NCBI GenBank assembly: GCA_003427395.1
Contig: BFEA01000004.1
Span: forward strand, 5,344,167-5,404,624
Length of the DNA stretch: 60,458 bases
Direction: 5' to 3'
DNA from: Chara braunii
Taxonomy: Eukaryota; Plantae; Charophyceae
Part shown: positions 11,548-25,880 of the stretch, piece by piece
How the letters are laid out: each line of letters starts with the position of its first letter
Numbering within the stretch: the first letter of the stretch is position 1
Notes under the pieces: generated by a model
What the model was told of the DNA's origin: nothing
Database searches by the model: none
The model's input: the letters and a program-made list of their open reading frames with translations, nothing else
Made by a program: the position numbers and the translations under genes

Positions 11548-12790
11548 AGTCGAAACACAATGCAGCTTTCATCTTCATTGATTTTGAAAATGCCTATGAT
11601 CACATGGAGTGTTTTTTCATAGAGAAGTGTCTAGAAAAGCTCACCTCTGGTCCCACCTTCCATAGGTGGGTGACCTTTCTTCACCCGAACGCATCCACCC
11701 GCACACAACTGATTCATCTATCCATCATCCATCTGTAATGATCCTCATCGAACCGAATGAGAATCTCCACGACACGCCACATCCTCCACCGCAGGCCACA
11801 TTGAAGTGAATGATAACCTACCCCACCTATCCATCTGCAACGATCCATTCGGCAAGGCGACCCTATCGGCATGGTAGCCCTCACCACCAATTTACGCGAG
11901 CACAAAACATTGGTAAGTTACGAGTTTCGACTATCTCGGAGGACGAAATCATAATCTACTCTCTCTTCGCTGATGATCTCATCATCATGACTGACGCCTG
12001 TGTATAGAACCTACTCGAAATACAGCACCGGATGGATTGTTCATTCACGCTGTCTTCCGTGCAAGTCAATTGGGGCAACAAGACCCCAGGTTGGTGGATC
12101 CGCTACCAGGGAGGCCGCCCCTTGGAACTTCCTAAGATCCAATGGAACCCCTTGAACTCACCGATTTGAGCACTTGGGGTCTCCCTGATAGCGGAAGCGC
12201 CCAATTACTAATGATGGTTGGCTCACCCAGCTAGCACTGGAAAAGCTCGCCCTATGGAAGGACCAGCATGGGGCGCTGGTTGGTCCTCCTCCTTGTGGGA
12301 TAAGACAGCGATCTGGTCTCTGAGAGAAAAAACCCTGGCAATCTCTTTAGCGACAAGTCAATCTTTCCTCTAGAGATGCAACCATGAGTGCCCCAACGTA
12401 ATCAGTCGGGTAGTGTGGCACACAACAATCCAACTGAAGTTCAAAGAGGGCCTTGGCATTATCTACCCAACTACTCAAATCACAACACTTTCCCTTCAAT
12501 AACTAAAGGGACTCCTGTTTGCTCCCAACCTTCCCTGACGACCTTTGGCCTCGGTGGGCTGGCCCCTCCTGTGCCCACCGAAGCCAGCCCCACTACGTGG
12601 TTAGAGAAGCGATACTGGCCCCTCACCAGGAAACCGCCACCCCCATCGTTGACAGGTCGCCAAGTGTCGAGACAGGATCTCATAAACAATGCCTCTTCTA
12701 CCACTTTACGCCAAGCCTGGTGCCAACTCCCCCTGCCCAAAAAAGTCTCCCTCCTCTTGTTGGGAAGAGGTATACCAACAACCTATGTGT
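11548..12790 (+). mobile_element. LINE reverse transcriptase, catalytic core fragment (decayed)
   Basis: KHNAAFIFIDFENAYDHMECFFIEKCLEKL..GPTFHRWV, IHLQRSIRQGDP, SLFADDL, VNWGNK motifs in order, with stops and frameshifts. Confidence 0.88.
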
Positions 12791-13041
12791 CACCCGCGGC
12801 CACGGGGTCGATCCCCGCCGGCGGCCGAGATATCGGCCGTGGCCGCAGGACTTCAGGGATTTCCCCCCTCTGAAAAAATGAGAGGAAAAAACAAATAAAA
12901 AATGGGGGTTATAGAGTGTTTCTGGAACCCTACAACCCCATATATATATTTTCTCCCAAACCGCTTACTTTTTCGTATTTAAAAACAAAAAACAAAAACT
13001 GCAAAAAAGAAAAAACAAGAAAAAAGAACAAAAAAGGTTTT

Positions 13042-13101
<60 letters not shown>

Positions 13102-13218
13102 GGGTGAGGGGCAACCTCTCCCCCACCAATCAATCAATCAATCAATTGAAAGAAAAAAAAAAAAAAGTGAAAAGAAATTGAAAAAAAGAAAGTGAAAAGA
13201 AAAAAGTGTGTGTTTTGT

Positions 13219-13264
<46 letters not shown>

Positions 13265-13299
13265 GTCACGTGTGTGTGCGTTTTGTCATGTGTGTGTGT

Positions 13300-13950
13300 G
13301 TTGTTTTAAAATACCCCAGGAGCATGGTCCCATTAGCAGTCGGATAGGAGTGTGGCCGAGCCAGTGTGACACTGAGTGGCAGCGGGCTGACAGGTTCATT
13401 ACGAATTTCTGGGCTGAGATAACAGGAGAAAGGCAAAAAAAAAAAAAAGAGACCTCGCACCTGAAATCACAGCAGAGTGCTTCCCAGCCATCAGATCACA
13501 AATGATCTGATGGTGGTGGTTGCAACAACAGTGCAGAAAGTAACTGCCACATTTTCTGGAATAACTCGACTTCTGTCAGCAGTGATCCTGACGCCCTCCA
13601 TATACTCCGTGATTGGAGGAGGGCTCCACCCAATGGGATAATTGCACACCAGCAAGCAAAATACTGAAAATCTTCTATACAGTGGGCCTATGGCCGACCC
13701 CACTCTCTTTTGGGGTTGGCCATACCCCCAACAGATTGAAAACATTTTGGCGGGAAGCTTCCTTTGCACGGACATGCCCAGTGTTACGGAGAGGAGGAGG
13801 GGAACCAAGATCTCCTTACTTTTTCGGGTAATACATGTAAAATACTGACCATGGGATCACGAGTACTGCGCGGCAGGATTTGGGTCACTCAACTGCCACA
13901 CAAACTCTTTTCTATCCTATTCGGTTGCTAGTGGGACCATGCTCCAGATT
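13300..13950 (+). mobile_element. Probable 3' continuation of the same LINE
   Basis: Trp-rich disrupted frames and a degenerate Cys (zf-RVT-like) segment near 13770-13830; position is colinear with the RT. Confidence 0.35.
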
Positions 13951-15079
13951 CTCTCTCTCATTCTCTCACAAATCATCACCATCCATAACGCAAAATTTTA
14001 GATAAGCAATATAATAGAAAATGCAAGGTTGGCCACGTTTGTGTGGTTCAGCGCCAAGTGCCCACACACCCGTCTGCCGCCAAAGCGGCACACTTGCACA
14101 TATACATATGTATGCATATATATTTCAAACCATAAGCAGATGGAGGGCAGAAGGCAACTCACCTAAGATGGAAGACTACTCCAGCAAGAAGGCACCCACC
14201 CGACCCCCTCAAAGGTCCGAAAAAACTTGGAGAGCCTTCCACATTGGCCGACAAAACCAAAAACAAACAAATATAACAGCATTGGCATTTCCGACATTCA
14301 TCTCAAACTACACATGCGCATCACGGCCAAAGAGGAGGAAGAACATATAACACAACTTACCTAAGACACTAACCCAGGAAGAACGCACCGACCCCCCCTC
14401 CTAAGGGTCCGGAAAAAACTGGGGGGGAAGGGGGTGGAAGGCACCAAGGATGAGTGAAAACCGTGATGGGAAGGGGTGAAGGGGGTGGAAGGCACCAAGG
14501 ATGAGTGAAAGGGGGGTGTGGGGGGAGGCATTTTTTCAGGTCGCCCTGGGCCAGTGGGTCAGGTGACCCAAGCCAAGGCTCCACCCGGCTGTCACGCACC
14601 CGACGGATGACCAAGAGAGAGCACATGTTGACCTGCCCATGACCCAGATATGCCCCCTAGCTGCAGGCACCCATCACCCACCCAAGAAGGCATAGGTAAG
14701 CCCAAGCCCAACCCCATTACCTAGTGGGTCGGCCGGGGCAGGTGGGTGCCGCTGTGGCCACCTGCTGCCCCACCTCTGCAGGGTGGCAATTTCTTTCAGG
14801 GGATAGCGTTGGGTTAGTCTTCTTCTCCCTGTCTTAGGAATCCATTCCTTGACGTAAACCAAAAAAAAGAAAAAAGAAAAAAGAAAAAACAGGAACAGGT
14901 CAAACATACGGGTAGGACTCGTAGGAGGGTTTGTTCGGGTTAGGGTCCGAACGCAGACCTGGCTGTCCCTAGCCAACTGATCACGACATATTCCGTTTGG
15001 TGACTTTGGTCGGCAATTTTATAACCCAGTTCACTTACAGTGCTTTCGTTTCTTCTTTTCGATTGGGAAATATTGCAAG

Positions 15080-15122
<43 letters not shown>

Positions 15123-18100
15123 AGCACGGGCAACAACAGATAGGAGTGATGATAAGAGCATGCACTCCTAGCTGTCATGACACCATTCTATTGGTGGGGA
15201 GCTTCATACTGCCAGTCTATTTTTAGACTATTTTTCTGTATCGGGGTCGCCAGCCCAGAGGTAAGCTCTTGCTTTCTTGTCGAGTCCAGAAATGGTGCAC
15301 TCGGGAATTACTCCGATGGACACACTGTGTACCATATCATGGAGAAGATCGAGGTGTTGATCCTTAATGCTCTAACCAACAGGGATGTGCATGTCTGAAC
15401 CCATTCACACTTCTTCTTTTTTCCCCAAACAATAGACTCAGCCTACTAGAGAGGGTGATATAAGCATCTCCCTCTAGTGGACCGAAAAGCGCTGATCGCT
15501 CCACTATATTGCTAGGCAGCAGCACCTGCTGGAAACTGGATCCACCGTCCCATATACATTTGGGATCCCTCTACCACCCCCCTGGGCCGCCAGATGGGCA
15601 CAAAGTACCTCTGACTGTATCATTTCAATCATTTGCCCTTTTTTTACTTTTAAAAAAAAATAAAATAAATTAACACGCCCCTGTCAGTGTTAGTGGTGCT
15701 GATGTCATTTTAATTGAGTTGGTTAGAATGTTCTGGGCCCATCCAGTGGGTGGGCTGGTCCGTCCCTTGATACCTGGTAGAGATAATCTCCAGTCTTTTT
15801 TTTCTTTAGTATCACTATGTTCACCGGGCCTTAGCAGCCACCACCCTTTCTTTTGCCTCTTCCACTTGTTCCCCTTCATTTTCTCCTTCATCGTCTCATT
15901 TTCCGCCAGCTCCTGGAAAACTCTTCGACGGATGTTTCTTTTCAGACGGATTTTTTTTCCACCAGTCACAGAGAGAAACCTGTTCTCCAACCAAACAAAG
16001 CATAGCTCCCAGCTCAGTTGGTACACCCATGAACTGTTGAATTCCACAGACCAAAGTTCAAATCGTGACGGAAATTTAGTTGTGTTTATTGAAGAAGAAG
16101 GGGAAAAAAACTGTTCTCCAGAACTGCGAACAGCGGTGATTCCACATGCGGAAGATTGAACAAATACGAAAAAAAGGAAACAGAGCCTTCTAAAGGCTCT
16201 TAGGCCCCCGAAGGCTGGGCTGGTCATTCTCATTTACAATTTTACATATCCTTCGACCAGAGAGCCCTAAGAGACTCGTTGAGTCAGGAATCGCGATAAC
16301 CATAAGGTTTAATCAAGAAGGAAAGGTGTGGGATGGAAGACCGCCGGATAGGCATAGCAAGGAGTGAATTAAGTCGTTTGGCAGATACTTTGCGTTGACA
16401 GATTGAGAGCTCCTTGCAAAAAAGAAAAAAGGAAAAAAAAAAAAGGAAAAAAAAAAAAAGAAAAAAAAAGACAACGGCAACCAGACACTGGCACAATGTC
16501 ACCTGAAACACTTTTAACGGGCAAAACAAGAACATAGTGATAATTGGGGGGTAAGGAGTCCCCCCTGCGCACCAACCGGTGTGTTTTCCTTTTCGGCTGG
16601 CTCCGCCACGCTGTCAGTCGTTTAGCTCCAGCCCCAAAGTTGTCGTCCATTCACCACAACACTGCGTCGGAGAAAATGGCTGGGAAAAGTACCGGTGGTT
16701 CAAAGATTTTTCATGATGCTTTTGTGCAAATTTGTGGGCCTTCTGCCTCTGCACAGGACAATTATAACGGGGACTGGAAAACAGTGGAAAGTAAGAGGGG
16801 AAGAGAATGAACAGCGAAACCAGGAGGCAAAAGCAGGGAACACTCACGCTAACACAAGCTTTGATTATTGGCTAGGCTGTTTTTCCAGTCGCCCGGGCCA
16901 GGCATGACCCCAGGGCAGGTTCCGGGCAGCCCCAGCGCAAAAAAAAAAAACAGAAACAGAAAAAAAATCAAAATATTCCGGGGGAAAAAATGTTGTGCAG
17001 AATTGCAATACAAACGACTTTTGGCTGAGGGTCACATCAGAATCCATCACATGACCGGAGATAGAAAAGAAAATAACAGAACCACATTAAGGTACCCCGC
17101 TTAAACCCCTTTAGCCCCTTCAAAGCAAATGTAACCCCCCCCCTCCTCTTCTCGACAGCCAACTCGCAAAATATGAAATGAGCCCTGATTTGGGGTCCTC
17201 TGGGAGAGCGCAGAAAACCAGGTGAGACAACACTAATAAGGCCCAAGATGCTCCAATCAATACACGTTCTTCTCATGGAGAGACCCTTTTCTTTTTCCAA
17301 GGCTTGACATAAATTGGAAGCATTCACAAAAAGAGTGCAAAAGAACACATTCATACAAGATGCCTCTAAGATAGAAACCACAACATGTTCCTACAAGAAT
17401 GCCTTCGCGCTAATCAAGGTGGGGGGGGGGGGGGGAGAGAAGGGAAAAAAAAAAAGAGAATAGACCTAGGGAAAGAATCCCTGCAACATCAGGCCAGTTG
17501 GGAAATTCCCCTCTGCTAGCACACTCCGATCGCCCACAGCAATCAAATCCTCCTACCTTCACATTCAGGTCAGGTATGCACACACCTCACTACCGACACT
17601 TCCATCAATCACAACCCATCCTCATTTTTACTGTATCGGGCCAGAAACATACCTTGTATACGTTCATTTTCAGGGTGCATTATGTTCGGGGGAAGACGGT
17701 AGGTAGCTCCATCTTATAGAGCTAGTCACCCACCACCTGCCCTGCACCAGCTCCACCAATTTTTGTCATCAGCAGCAAATCCACTTCAGGTGAATGACAC
17801 ATTCCTTTGCCAGTCATAACAGGTAACGAGAGGAGCACATTCTCGTCTCAATGCCGATATGTGAATGTCACGAGCGACAAACCGAACCCCGGACTCGGAT
17901 CTGCCTCCAATTCCTTCCTCCTTTCTAGAATCATCGACCTGCCGGGTTCCGAGGCAATAACAGGATGACAATTCTGAACTACGGAGCAATTTTGCAGTTA
18001 TGCCCAGCCACTGGAAAGAACCGCAACCGCTGGAACCACAGGACAGTCCGATCTCAATCCGTCGGCGATGCCCTTTCTCCAGTCGCAGCACCAGCCAACC

Positions 18101-18419
18101 CCCGAAAGAACCCGATTCCATAGTTATCTGCATCAATTACGCGTGCTCACATGCCAATACACAAACCTCCAGCAAGTCTCTCTATCATTTGCACCTACAT
18201 ACTCCTCACACTGCGACTTCTGAAGGGCACCGTACCCAAAGGTCCCACCAGCCAACACCCCAGAACGAACCCGATTGTGTAGTTCTCTGCATCAACTCGT
18301 TTGCATGCCAGTGCGCACATACCTCCAGCAGCAAGTCTTTTCATCATCCCCAACTCCATATTCATCACACGACGGCTTCTCGTATGACCACCTCCTTCCC
18401 TCAAAAGACCACCATCCTC

Positions 18420-18620
18420 ATTGCCCCAGACTGAGGAGGGAGATGCCGCGAACGTTCCCTTCCCTCGCGCCTTCTCCATTCACGACCCTTCCTTCGTACC
18501 TACAACCTGCCCAGCGTGCGCAATAACCCTTGGTATGGTAGTTGATCACATGTGGGAGTGTAAGTCCGCACAAGCTACGGTCAGGTCACTACCCGACATC
18601 ATTTCTCACAGACCGTGAGA
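18420..18620 (+). mobile_element. LINE C-terminal CCHC (zf-RVT-like) fragment
   Basis: PTTCPACAITLGMVVDHMWECKSA fits C-x2-C-x8-9-H-x3-C. Confidence 0.45.
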
Positions 18621-21131
18621 TCCGGTCTTTTCAGGGTCTAACCTAGCAACCGGGATCGACCGTTGGAACTGACGGTAACGTTGTGTTAGGAGGAAGGGTC
18701 AGTACTTTTCACCTCACAGCTATTGGTCCTCCACACTGCGACCGGCACCTGCCTTCCTTCACCTCCTCGGTTGCTTGCCCGGCGCCAAAGCAGGGAAAGT
18801 ATGGCCCTCTCCTGCAAGAAGCTCCGACTTCTTCAGCGAGTGGCCAAACAATGCTGGCATGATAACTACACTACGGCCGCGCTCCTCCAGTGCGTTTGAC
18901 AACCTCGTCGGAAACAATCACCACGCGCGTTCATTGCATTCGTCTCTGCCCACAGAGCACAGCCAAGGACTTCCGGTGCAACCTACACCTCATCAATCTG
19001 CCCGCACAAACCCGGCTGAGCACTCCTGGCAGAACTGCGAACGCTTCAGGGAGGGCTGCCCCGGCGCTTCTTCACCTGAATCATGAATGGCAGGCTGTGA
19101 AGGGACGGTGTTCAAAGACGCCTTGCACTGTTCGCCAGGAGTTCGGCCAACTCAAATCTCTAAGGCCCCACCATCCACAGAAGACGCGGCCAGGCATGCC
19201 AACCAACCCCAAACGAGCAACGATTTCAGGCATGCCTCTGCTCTTTTCCCCATCGTCAGGGAGAGAATGCGTCCAGCTTACACTCTCAAGGGGTCAACCA
19301 GGATCGGAGGCCCCATGCTGACAGCCTGACACACCCTATAGCAACCGCTGAGGATTTTTCCNNNNNNNNNNNNNNNNNNNNNNNNNNNNNNNNNNNNNNN
19401 NNNNNNNNNNNNNNNNNNNNNNNNNNNNNNNNNNNNNNNNNNNNNNNNNNNNNNNNNNNNNNNNNNNNNNNCCAGGATCGGAGGCCCCATGCTGACAGCC
19501 TGACACACCCTATAGCAACCGCTGAGGATTTTTCCGAACTCGTCTACCGAACAGTCATCGCCCTGACGCAGAGGATTTCGAGCTCGCCTGCCAAACAGCA
19601 ATCTCCCTGAAATAAAGGCGATGCCAGAAAGCGCGAGAAAAAGGCAGTGGCCTGTGAACTCCCCATGGGATCTATGTTTGTGGCAGCTGAAGCATGCAAA
19701 GTATATCAACCATGGCGCCTCCACATCCTGGACGACATCAATGAACGAGTCAGCTCTCCGATTTAAAAAAAAAAAAAAAAAAAAAAGCAGAAGAAACAGC
19801 CAGGCAAGAGCATTGGGGGGCTTCATTTCTTTCCGGCATTCCCTGCAGGAAATCAACCCCTTCCAATCGTCCCATTAAAAGTCAAAAATGGGGGTCATAT
19901 TGAAGCAACAACAAAAGTAAGTGACAACTTAACAAGCTTTAACATTGAGCACAAGTGCAACAAGGGGGTTGGGTGGGTAGGTGGACAGCATAAGCACTGC
20001 TTACAGACGCGCCGCTTACCCTGCCTGTTTCCCATGTCGCATCACCATCAAGAAAAAATAAATGCAAAAAGAAGCCGAGCGCCAGTCTATACGGCGTAGG
20101 ATTGTTTCCATTTCGTTTTTACTCTGCTTCCCCAGTCATTCCTAAGCCAGCATTCCTTTCTCGCACGTGATGACGACAATTCCATGAAGAAACGACCAAG
20201 TTTCTATCGTTGTGAATTCAGACTTGGTTTCAGTTCTATGCAGATCAAGGCATGTCAACATTCAGTACCTCAGGTATTTTACTCGTTTCACTACTGCCTG
20301 CTTCCCCCTTCCCTTGTTCTTCCCTGCCCAACCCAGGGCCACCCGCTCTCCCCCTCTGTTCCCCGCCCCCTCCCAACCCCCACCCATGCAGATTCCACCT
20401 CGTTTCTTTGGAGCAAGTTTCTTTGGTCTAGAATCTAGATACAGCTAGTTTTTTTTTGTGGTGACAGACAGGAATGGTTTTCTTTGTGCTGCCATTTTGA
20501 AAGAGAGAGACGGTGCACAACCTGTCAAATAGTGACCTCACTATCACTATTTCTATCGGTCTGTTTTTCTTTTCCGCTGTGCAGATTTGCCGTTGGGAGG
20601 TTTTCACTTTTTCCACAGTCTGGTGTATATCTTATGTATTTGCCCCATAATTACCACTCTATGCAGGTGCAGGTAACTTTTAACGTAAGGTTACGTACCT
20701 TCTATGAAGCACCCATACCTCTGCATGCACATTGGCCCCACCGGGGTAAATCACCCCTACCTTCTGCAAATTACCATGATGGTGGGTAAATCATGCATAA
20801 ACCCACATGGTAAATTTTACCCGTACCTCCTGCAAATGATTACCCATACCCCCTGTGTCAGCATATACCTGGTTATAAAGCTAAAGGGGAGAGAGGGGGG
20901 GAGAGGAGGGGAGGGGGGATAGTGGAGACGGGTCGTGGACAACACAAAGAGGTAACATGAGGTTATCTAGGTACGCACTCGTGTGTACGAACACCTACCT
21001 GGGTATATGAATGCACGTTACCTTGACGTAACTTGGCCCAAGTTAATGCTTCAGCCTACCGAAAGGAGAGAAAATAAATAAATATTAAAAATAAAGAAAA
21101 CATACAAGAGGGAAAAAGACATATTAGGGAG

Positions 21132-21202
<71 letters not shown>

Positions 21203-22827
21203 AAAAAACCGCGATACCAGTTGAGAGTCTTCAGACCCATGAGAGGATAATAACTGTTGCTTTTTTTATTCCCACTGGCAAGCGATAGGCAGGTCATATA
21301 CGATAACCGTTTGTTCGTTTTCTAACTTTTTTTTAACCATTGGTTCTCAAAATGGTGTTGCGGTATAGCCTCGGTAACTGGAGTGGAACACACACACCTT
21401 ATTTAACCTTGGTTATATCCGAGAGGTTTGCGGTTTGACTTTGGTGATTGTAACAATGGAAGTTATGGGACACAAACACACCTGATACCGCGACATGGTT
21501 CTTTGATGTCTTGTTTCACCTCTGGCTGATAACACTGCTCCGAACTCGCTCTCTGAGGACACATCAAACTGGCAATTGTGGTGCCAACATTCACTTTTAA
21601 TTTTTAAAGGGTCACTTGCTGCCGGCTTAAAGGTGGCGGGCGGGGAGAAAAATGGACATCGTTACCTCCATCGGAACGGCGTAGAGTGCTATCTCACGCA
21701 CTTGCCTGCAAGCAAGCCGCGACGACTAGCAGCAGTATCTTTCTTACAATTCTTTCATTCTTTGAAATCCTTCCTCCTTTTCTTGAAGCAGTTATCGACG
21801 ATCCTCATGCAGAAACCATGACCAAGAAAAGATCAAAAAATTGCACAGAAACAGCATTGAATAATTTCCAACCTTTCAAAACGAACACGCGCCCCAAAAG
21901 CATACATAAATCAAAAGAGGGGCATGCTTGACAGAAGCATCACAAACAAAAAAAAGAGCCCAAGCGCCTTGCTTTCCCACCCTTTCTTTAGCAGTCACCG
22001 TTACATCAGCGTGCATTTTTCAGATTTTTTTAATTTTTTTTATGTTCAAACGTTGGAAAAGCTCGAAACTTGCCAGTTCGTCTTCGTGTTTCGAACTACT
22101 GTTTTTCCAACTTTCTTTTCTTTCCGGCCAGTTAAACATTTTACAGAAATTATTAATTAATAAGACTGATTGATTGCCAAGTGGGTGACATAGTACACAC
22201 CACAGAGTTTCAGCAGGTTTCGCTGTGCATGCTACCTTTTACTCCTATACCTGATTTGCCCTTTTCGTCCCTACATTTCCTCTTCCCTTTCGGTATTTCT
22301 TCCTGATAGAAGTGGACGGCATAAAATCACGCTCTACATGTCCGACAACCCTGCCAAGACCTGGATTTGCAGATGCATTTTTTGCTCGTGAAGGGGCGAT
22401 GTCACATTCGAAAGGACGCATACGACAGACGGCAACGCTACAGTTCAGGGCATTGTCAGGTCACCAAAAGGCAGGCCGAGCCGCAGAGAGAGCAGAACAG
22501 CAGGACCGGCATCCGTGCTCAAGAGCAGACAGGTGGTTATCGGAATCAATGTCGGCACTTCCCAACGCCCTTACGCGTGAGACGGACGGCAACGCTGCAG
22601 CTCAGAACGTTGTCAGGTCACCAAAATGTAGGCCAAGACGGAGAGAAAGCAGGACAGCAGGACCAACATCCATGCTAAAGGACAGAAAGGCTATAGGAAT
22701 CAACGCCACTCTCTCTCAAATGCCTTTATGCCACATAACAACCGCAAATGAGGGTCACCTCCCCTTGCAACACACCTCAACGCAATCAGTACCACCTTCC
22801 TTATGCCATGAAAAACTTCTCAACTTA

Positions 22828-22912
22828 CTACCGTCTTCGCCCGCATCTGGATCGAAAGGTGTGCCAAATACAGCTATAATGACTGGGCGTTCTATTCGGG
22901 TGAAGACAGTAG
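22828..22912. mobile_element. Internally deleted copy of the pogo/Tc2-like MITE
   Basis: CTACCGTCTTCGCCC joined to the right half ending GGGTGAAGACAGTAG. Confidence 0.75.
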
Positions 22913-23949
22913 TCGTGGAAACAAGATCAGGGAGTCGTCTAAACTATACAAGTTTCCTATCCCCAGGAGAGCCTTACACCAAGAGAAAAGTCGAGCTTTC
23001 CACAAGCATAGGTCAGGGCAAGGACAAAGAAACCCACACGCACATCCCCTAGTTGACCTTGCTAAACGTTGGGGCAAGCCATCTGGCAGTGACAGCCAAC
23101 AGCCACCCCTTGATATAACAGTCACATCGTTCTGCCCACTGCCTACGTGCTATCACATAGCATTTCCACGTGGCTAGAGTTGCAGCCTCGTCTGATGCAA
23201 TCGTGCCATATAATGCACAGTTTCCTAAGAAGGAGAAGAGGACGTCAGTTCCGGGTGATAGTGCTATTTCTCACAGAGCCGTATGGGCCGCCCAGGTCTG
23301 CTTCTTGATGTCGTTCCGGCCCTCCAGCCATTCAACACGGACTTCCCCTGTCACCAAAAAGACATCGCCATGGTTTGCCACGTGCGGCTTCTACATCTAG
23401 CCTGCTATCATCTTCCACCAGAGGCAACTGTGCTCCATCCCTCCGTGGAGTTCGAAAAGAGTGAGCGTGTGTCTGAAAGTAACTCTGCTGCTACTTCTAG
23501 CCTGTTATCATCTTCCACCACACGCAACGGCGCTCTTCCGTTACAAGGAGTTCAAAAAGAACGCGCAAGTGTTTCAGGTTAACACTGCTGGTTTCTTGTT
23601 GCATTCGTCTTATTATGCTGTCTCGGCACTACATCGGGAAAACCAAAGCAGCTTTCACTCGCTAGGCTGGTGTGATTGATTGTTATCTATGGCCGCCTGT
23701 GTCTTCATTAGGAAAGAAGAATTGAGGGCACGGCTAATTAAGGGCCTCGCTCCACTACTCTACATTGTACATGCATTTGGATGCATTTGCGGACGAGGTT
23801 CATTCGTCGGAGTCCAACAATGTTGAATGTATCGGGAAGATTGTGAGGTCCAGCTACTTATAGAGTGCTGTGTAGTGGAGCGAGGCTCTGGAGATCAAGC
23901 CACCGATTCTTGGGGTTTTAGGTGTGATGATGCAAATCTGCCTACTGCA

Positions 23950-24060
23950 CTACCGTCTTCACCCGAAAAGAACGCCCGGTCATTATCGCTGTATGTAGAC
24001 TGAAAATTGCACCAAATACGGCTATAATGACCGGGCGTTCTATTCGGGTGAAGACGGGAG
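23950..24060. mobile_element. About 110-bp hairpin MITE, pogo/Tc2-like (TA-CCGT termini)
   Basis: Long TIRs CCGTCTTCACCCGAAWAGAACGCCCGGTCATTAT / ATAATGACCGGGCGTTCTATTCGGGTGAAGACGG. Family copies at 7053-7088, 7910-8019, 22828-22912, 31785-31968, 32256-32367 and a fragment near 33376-33391. Confidence 0.8.
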
Positions 24061-25439
24061 GGTTATCTGCTGCTTCCAAACTGAAGCAAATGTCTTGGGG
24101 GGGACAGACAGTCCATTGGAATCCATGGAGGAGGCTGGGCGTCACCGATCAGTTTGAAGGAAAGAAGAGCAGCAAAAAACTGCGAACAAAACAAGACAGG
24201 AAAATGTGAAAGACAGAACAAGTACGGGGGGAAAAAAAAAAAAAAAAGATCATTGGGCCCATACAGTTTGGAAGGTCCCAAATTACCCCCCCGTGATCCA
24301 AATCACTGGGCTCAATTCTCTAGTAGCACCCAAAAGATAACTGCGTCAACATGTATTTAGTTCTTGCCCCATTTGGGGGCGTCAGCTGGTGGCGGGCTGC
24401 TCTTTCCTCGAGCTAGTCCCATTATTTCCCTCCCCTTACACCTTCTGCCTTCTGCTTTCCTCGAAGTCGAATAGCTAATTACTCCAGTGTTCAGAAGTAG
24501 GTGGGATGGCTGCAACAAACAACAGAACATGTGAAGGCCATCACACTCGATCGGTACCCGTTCAAGGCCTCGTCTCCCACCCCCTCGACCTAAAACATTG
24601 CAGTTTTCATCAATCCCATTCTGTCGTCAGAGTCGACGCATAGAACCATCACATAAGCAGACAACCACTCATCGTACTTCCACGAGGAAGGACAAGTGCA
24701 CAGCTGCATGCTTGACATATCGTCTAGAACAGCAAAAAAACTAGCTGCAAAACTAGCTCTACGTAGCCTACAGGCCCACGTAACCTACCGGCCGAACTGC
24801 AGGAAGTGCCAAGTTTTTTACAGGTGTTCGAATATGACAGCCCGTGAGTCGGCGTGAGATCACATGTTTGCTCCATGACCACCACAAACCAGGCACCGGG
24901 TGGTCCAGGCTAGATCCGGACATGCGGACCTGGTTTGGACAAGGGGAGTCCCCTGTAAAATATTTTTATTTTAGTTGTTTTTCTTCCCAGAAAAAAGACT
25001 CAAATTCAGCTGCAAATTTTCCAGATTTGTTTTGATTCTTTTGAAAGATTGCAATTTTGAAAAATCCAAAATATACTACTAGTAATCCGGATGTACTCGT
25101 ACATCCACATTCTGAACCTTGTTATAAGGACCATCTGGACGCTGGTGTGAAGGTCCGACTGGTAGACATGGTTTACTCCAAGAACTATCTACATACCTGC
25201 ACATATACAGAGATACAGATACATACACACATGCCTGCATGTGTGCCTTACGTACGACGATTAGACAAATCCGGAACGTAGACCCCCTGATACTTCCTTC
25301 TTGTAGAAGCATCTGTGGGTCTCATACGCAACGGCTAAGATCAATGTGCTGGGCAACTGGAGTGCATGGACGCTAACATTACGAATAGGTCGCAAATTCG
25401 ACTCAAGTTTTACCCTGCCAGTCACAGCCAGTGACCATT

Positions 25440-25880
25440 CAATTTTGCTACCAAGGCACATAGACAGTCCTGCGACGCTCAATGCTGTACATACACTACG
25501 TGCAGCCACGACCGTGGTCCTCCGCAGGCACATACACAGTCCTGTGACACCCAGTGCAGGCACATACACGGTCATGCGACACTCAGCGCAGCTCACAGTC
25601 TTGCGACGGTCAGCTCAGCGCCAGTCCTGCGACGCTGGGTGCTGCTCATAGACTATGTGCAGCCACGGTGGTCCTGAAGATGACAGTCACATACACAGTC
25701 CTCCGACACTCACTGCAGGCACATCCACAGTCCTGCGACGCTCAGTGCAGCCACATACACAGTCCTGTGACGCTCAGTGCAGCCACGTACACGGTCTTGC
25801 GACGCTCAGTGCAGGCACATACACAGTCCTGCGACGCTCAGTGCAGCTCATAGACTATGTACAGTCATGGAGGTCCTCTG
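25440..25880. repeat. About 32-bp minisatellite
   Basis: Repeated ACAGTCCTGCGACGCTCAGTGCAG(G)CACATAC with variants. Confidence 0.85.

Noticed and set aside
22312-23052. 246-aa ORF
   Set aside because: Runs through a roughly 156-bp local duplication and a MITE copy; no recognisable domain.
24585-24636. Second hammerhead-like string on the minus strand (TCGACT CTGACGA...GAAA...TA GGTCGA)
   Set aside because: Stem I pairs, but stem II lacks the closing pair and stem III is out of register; probably chance or too degenerate to call.
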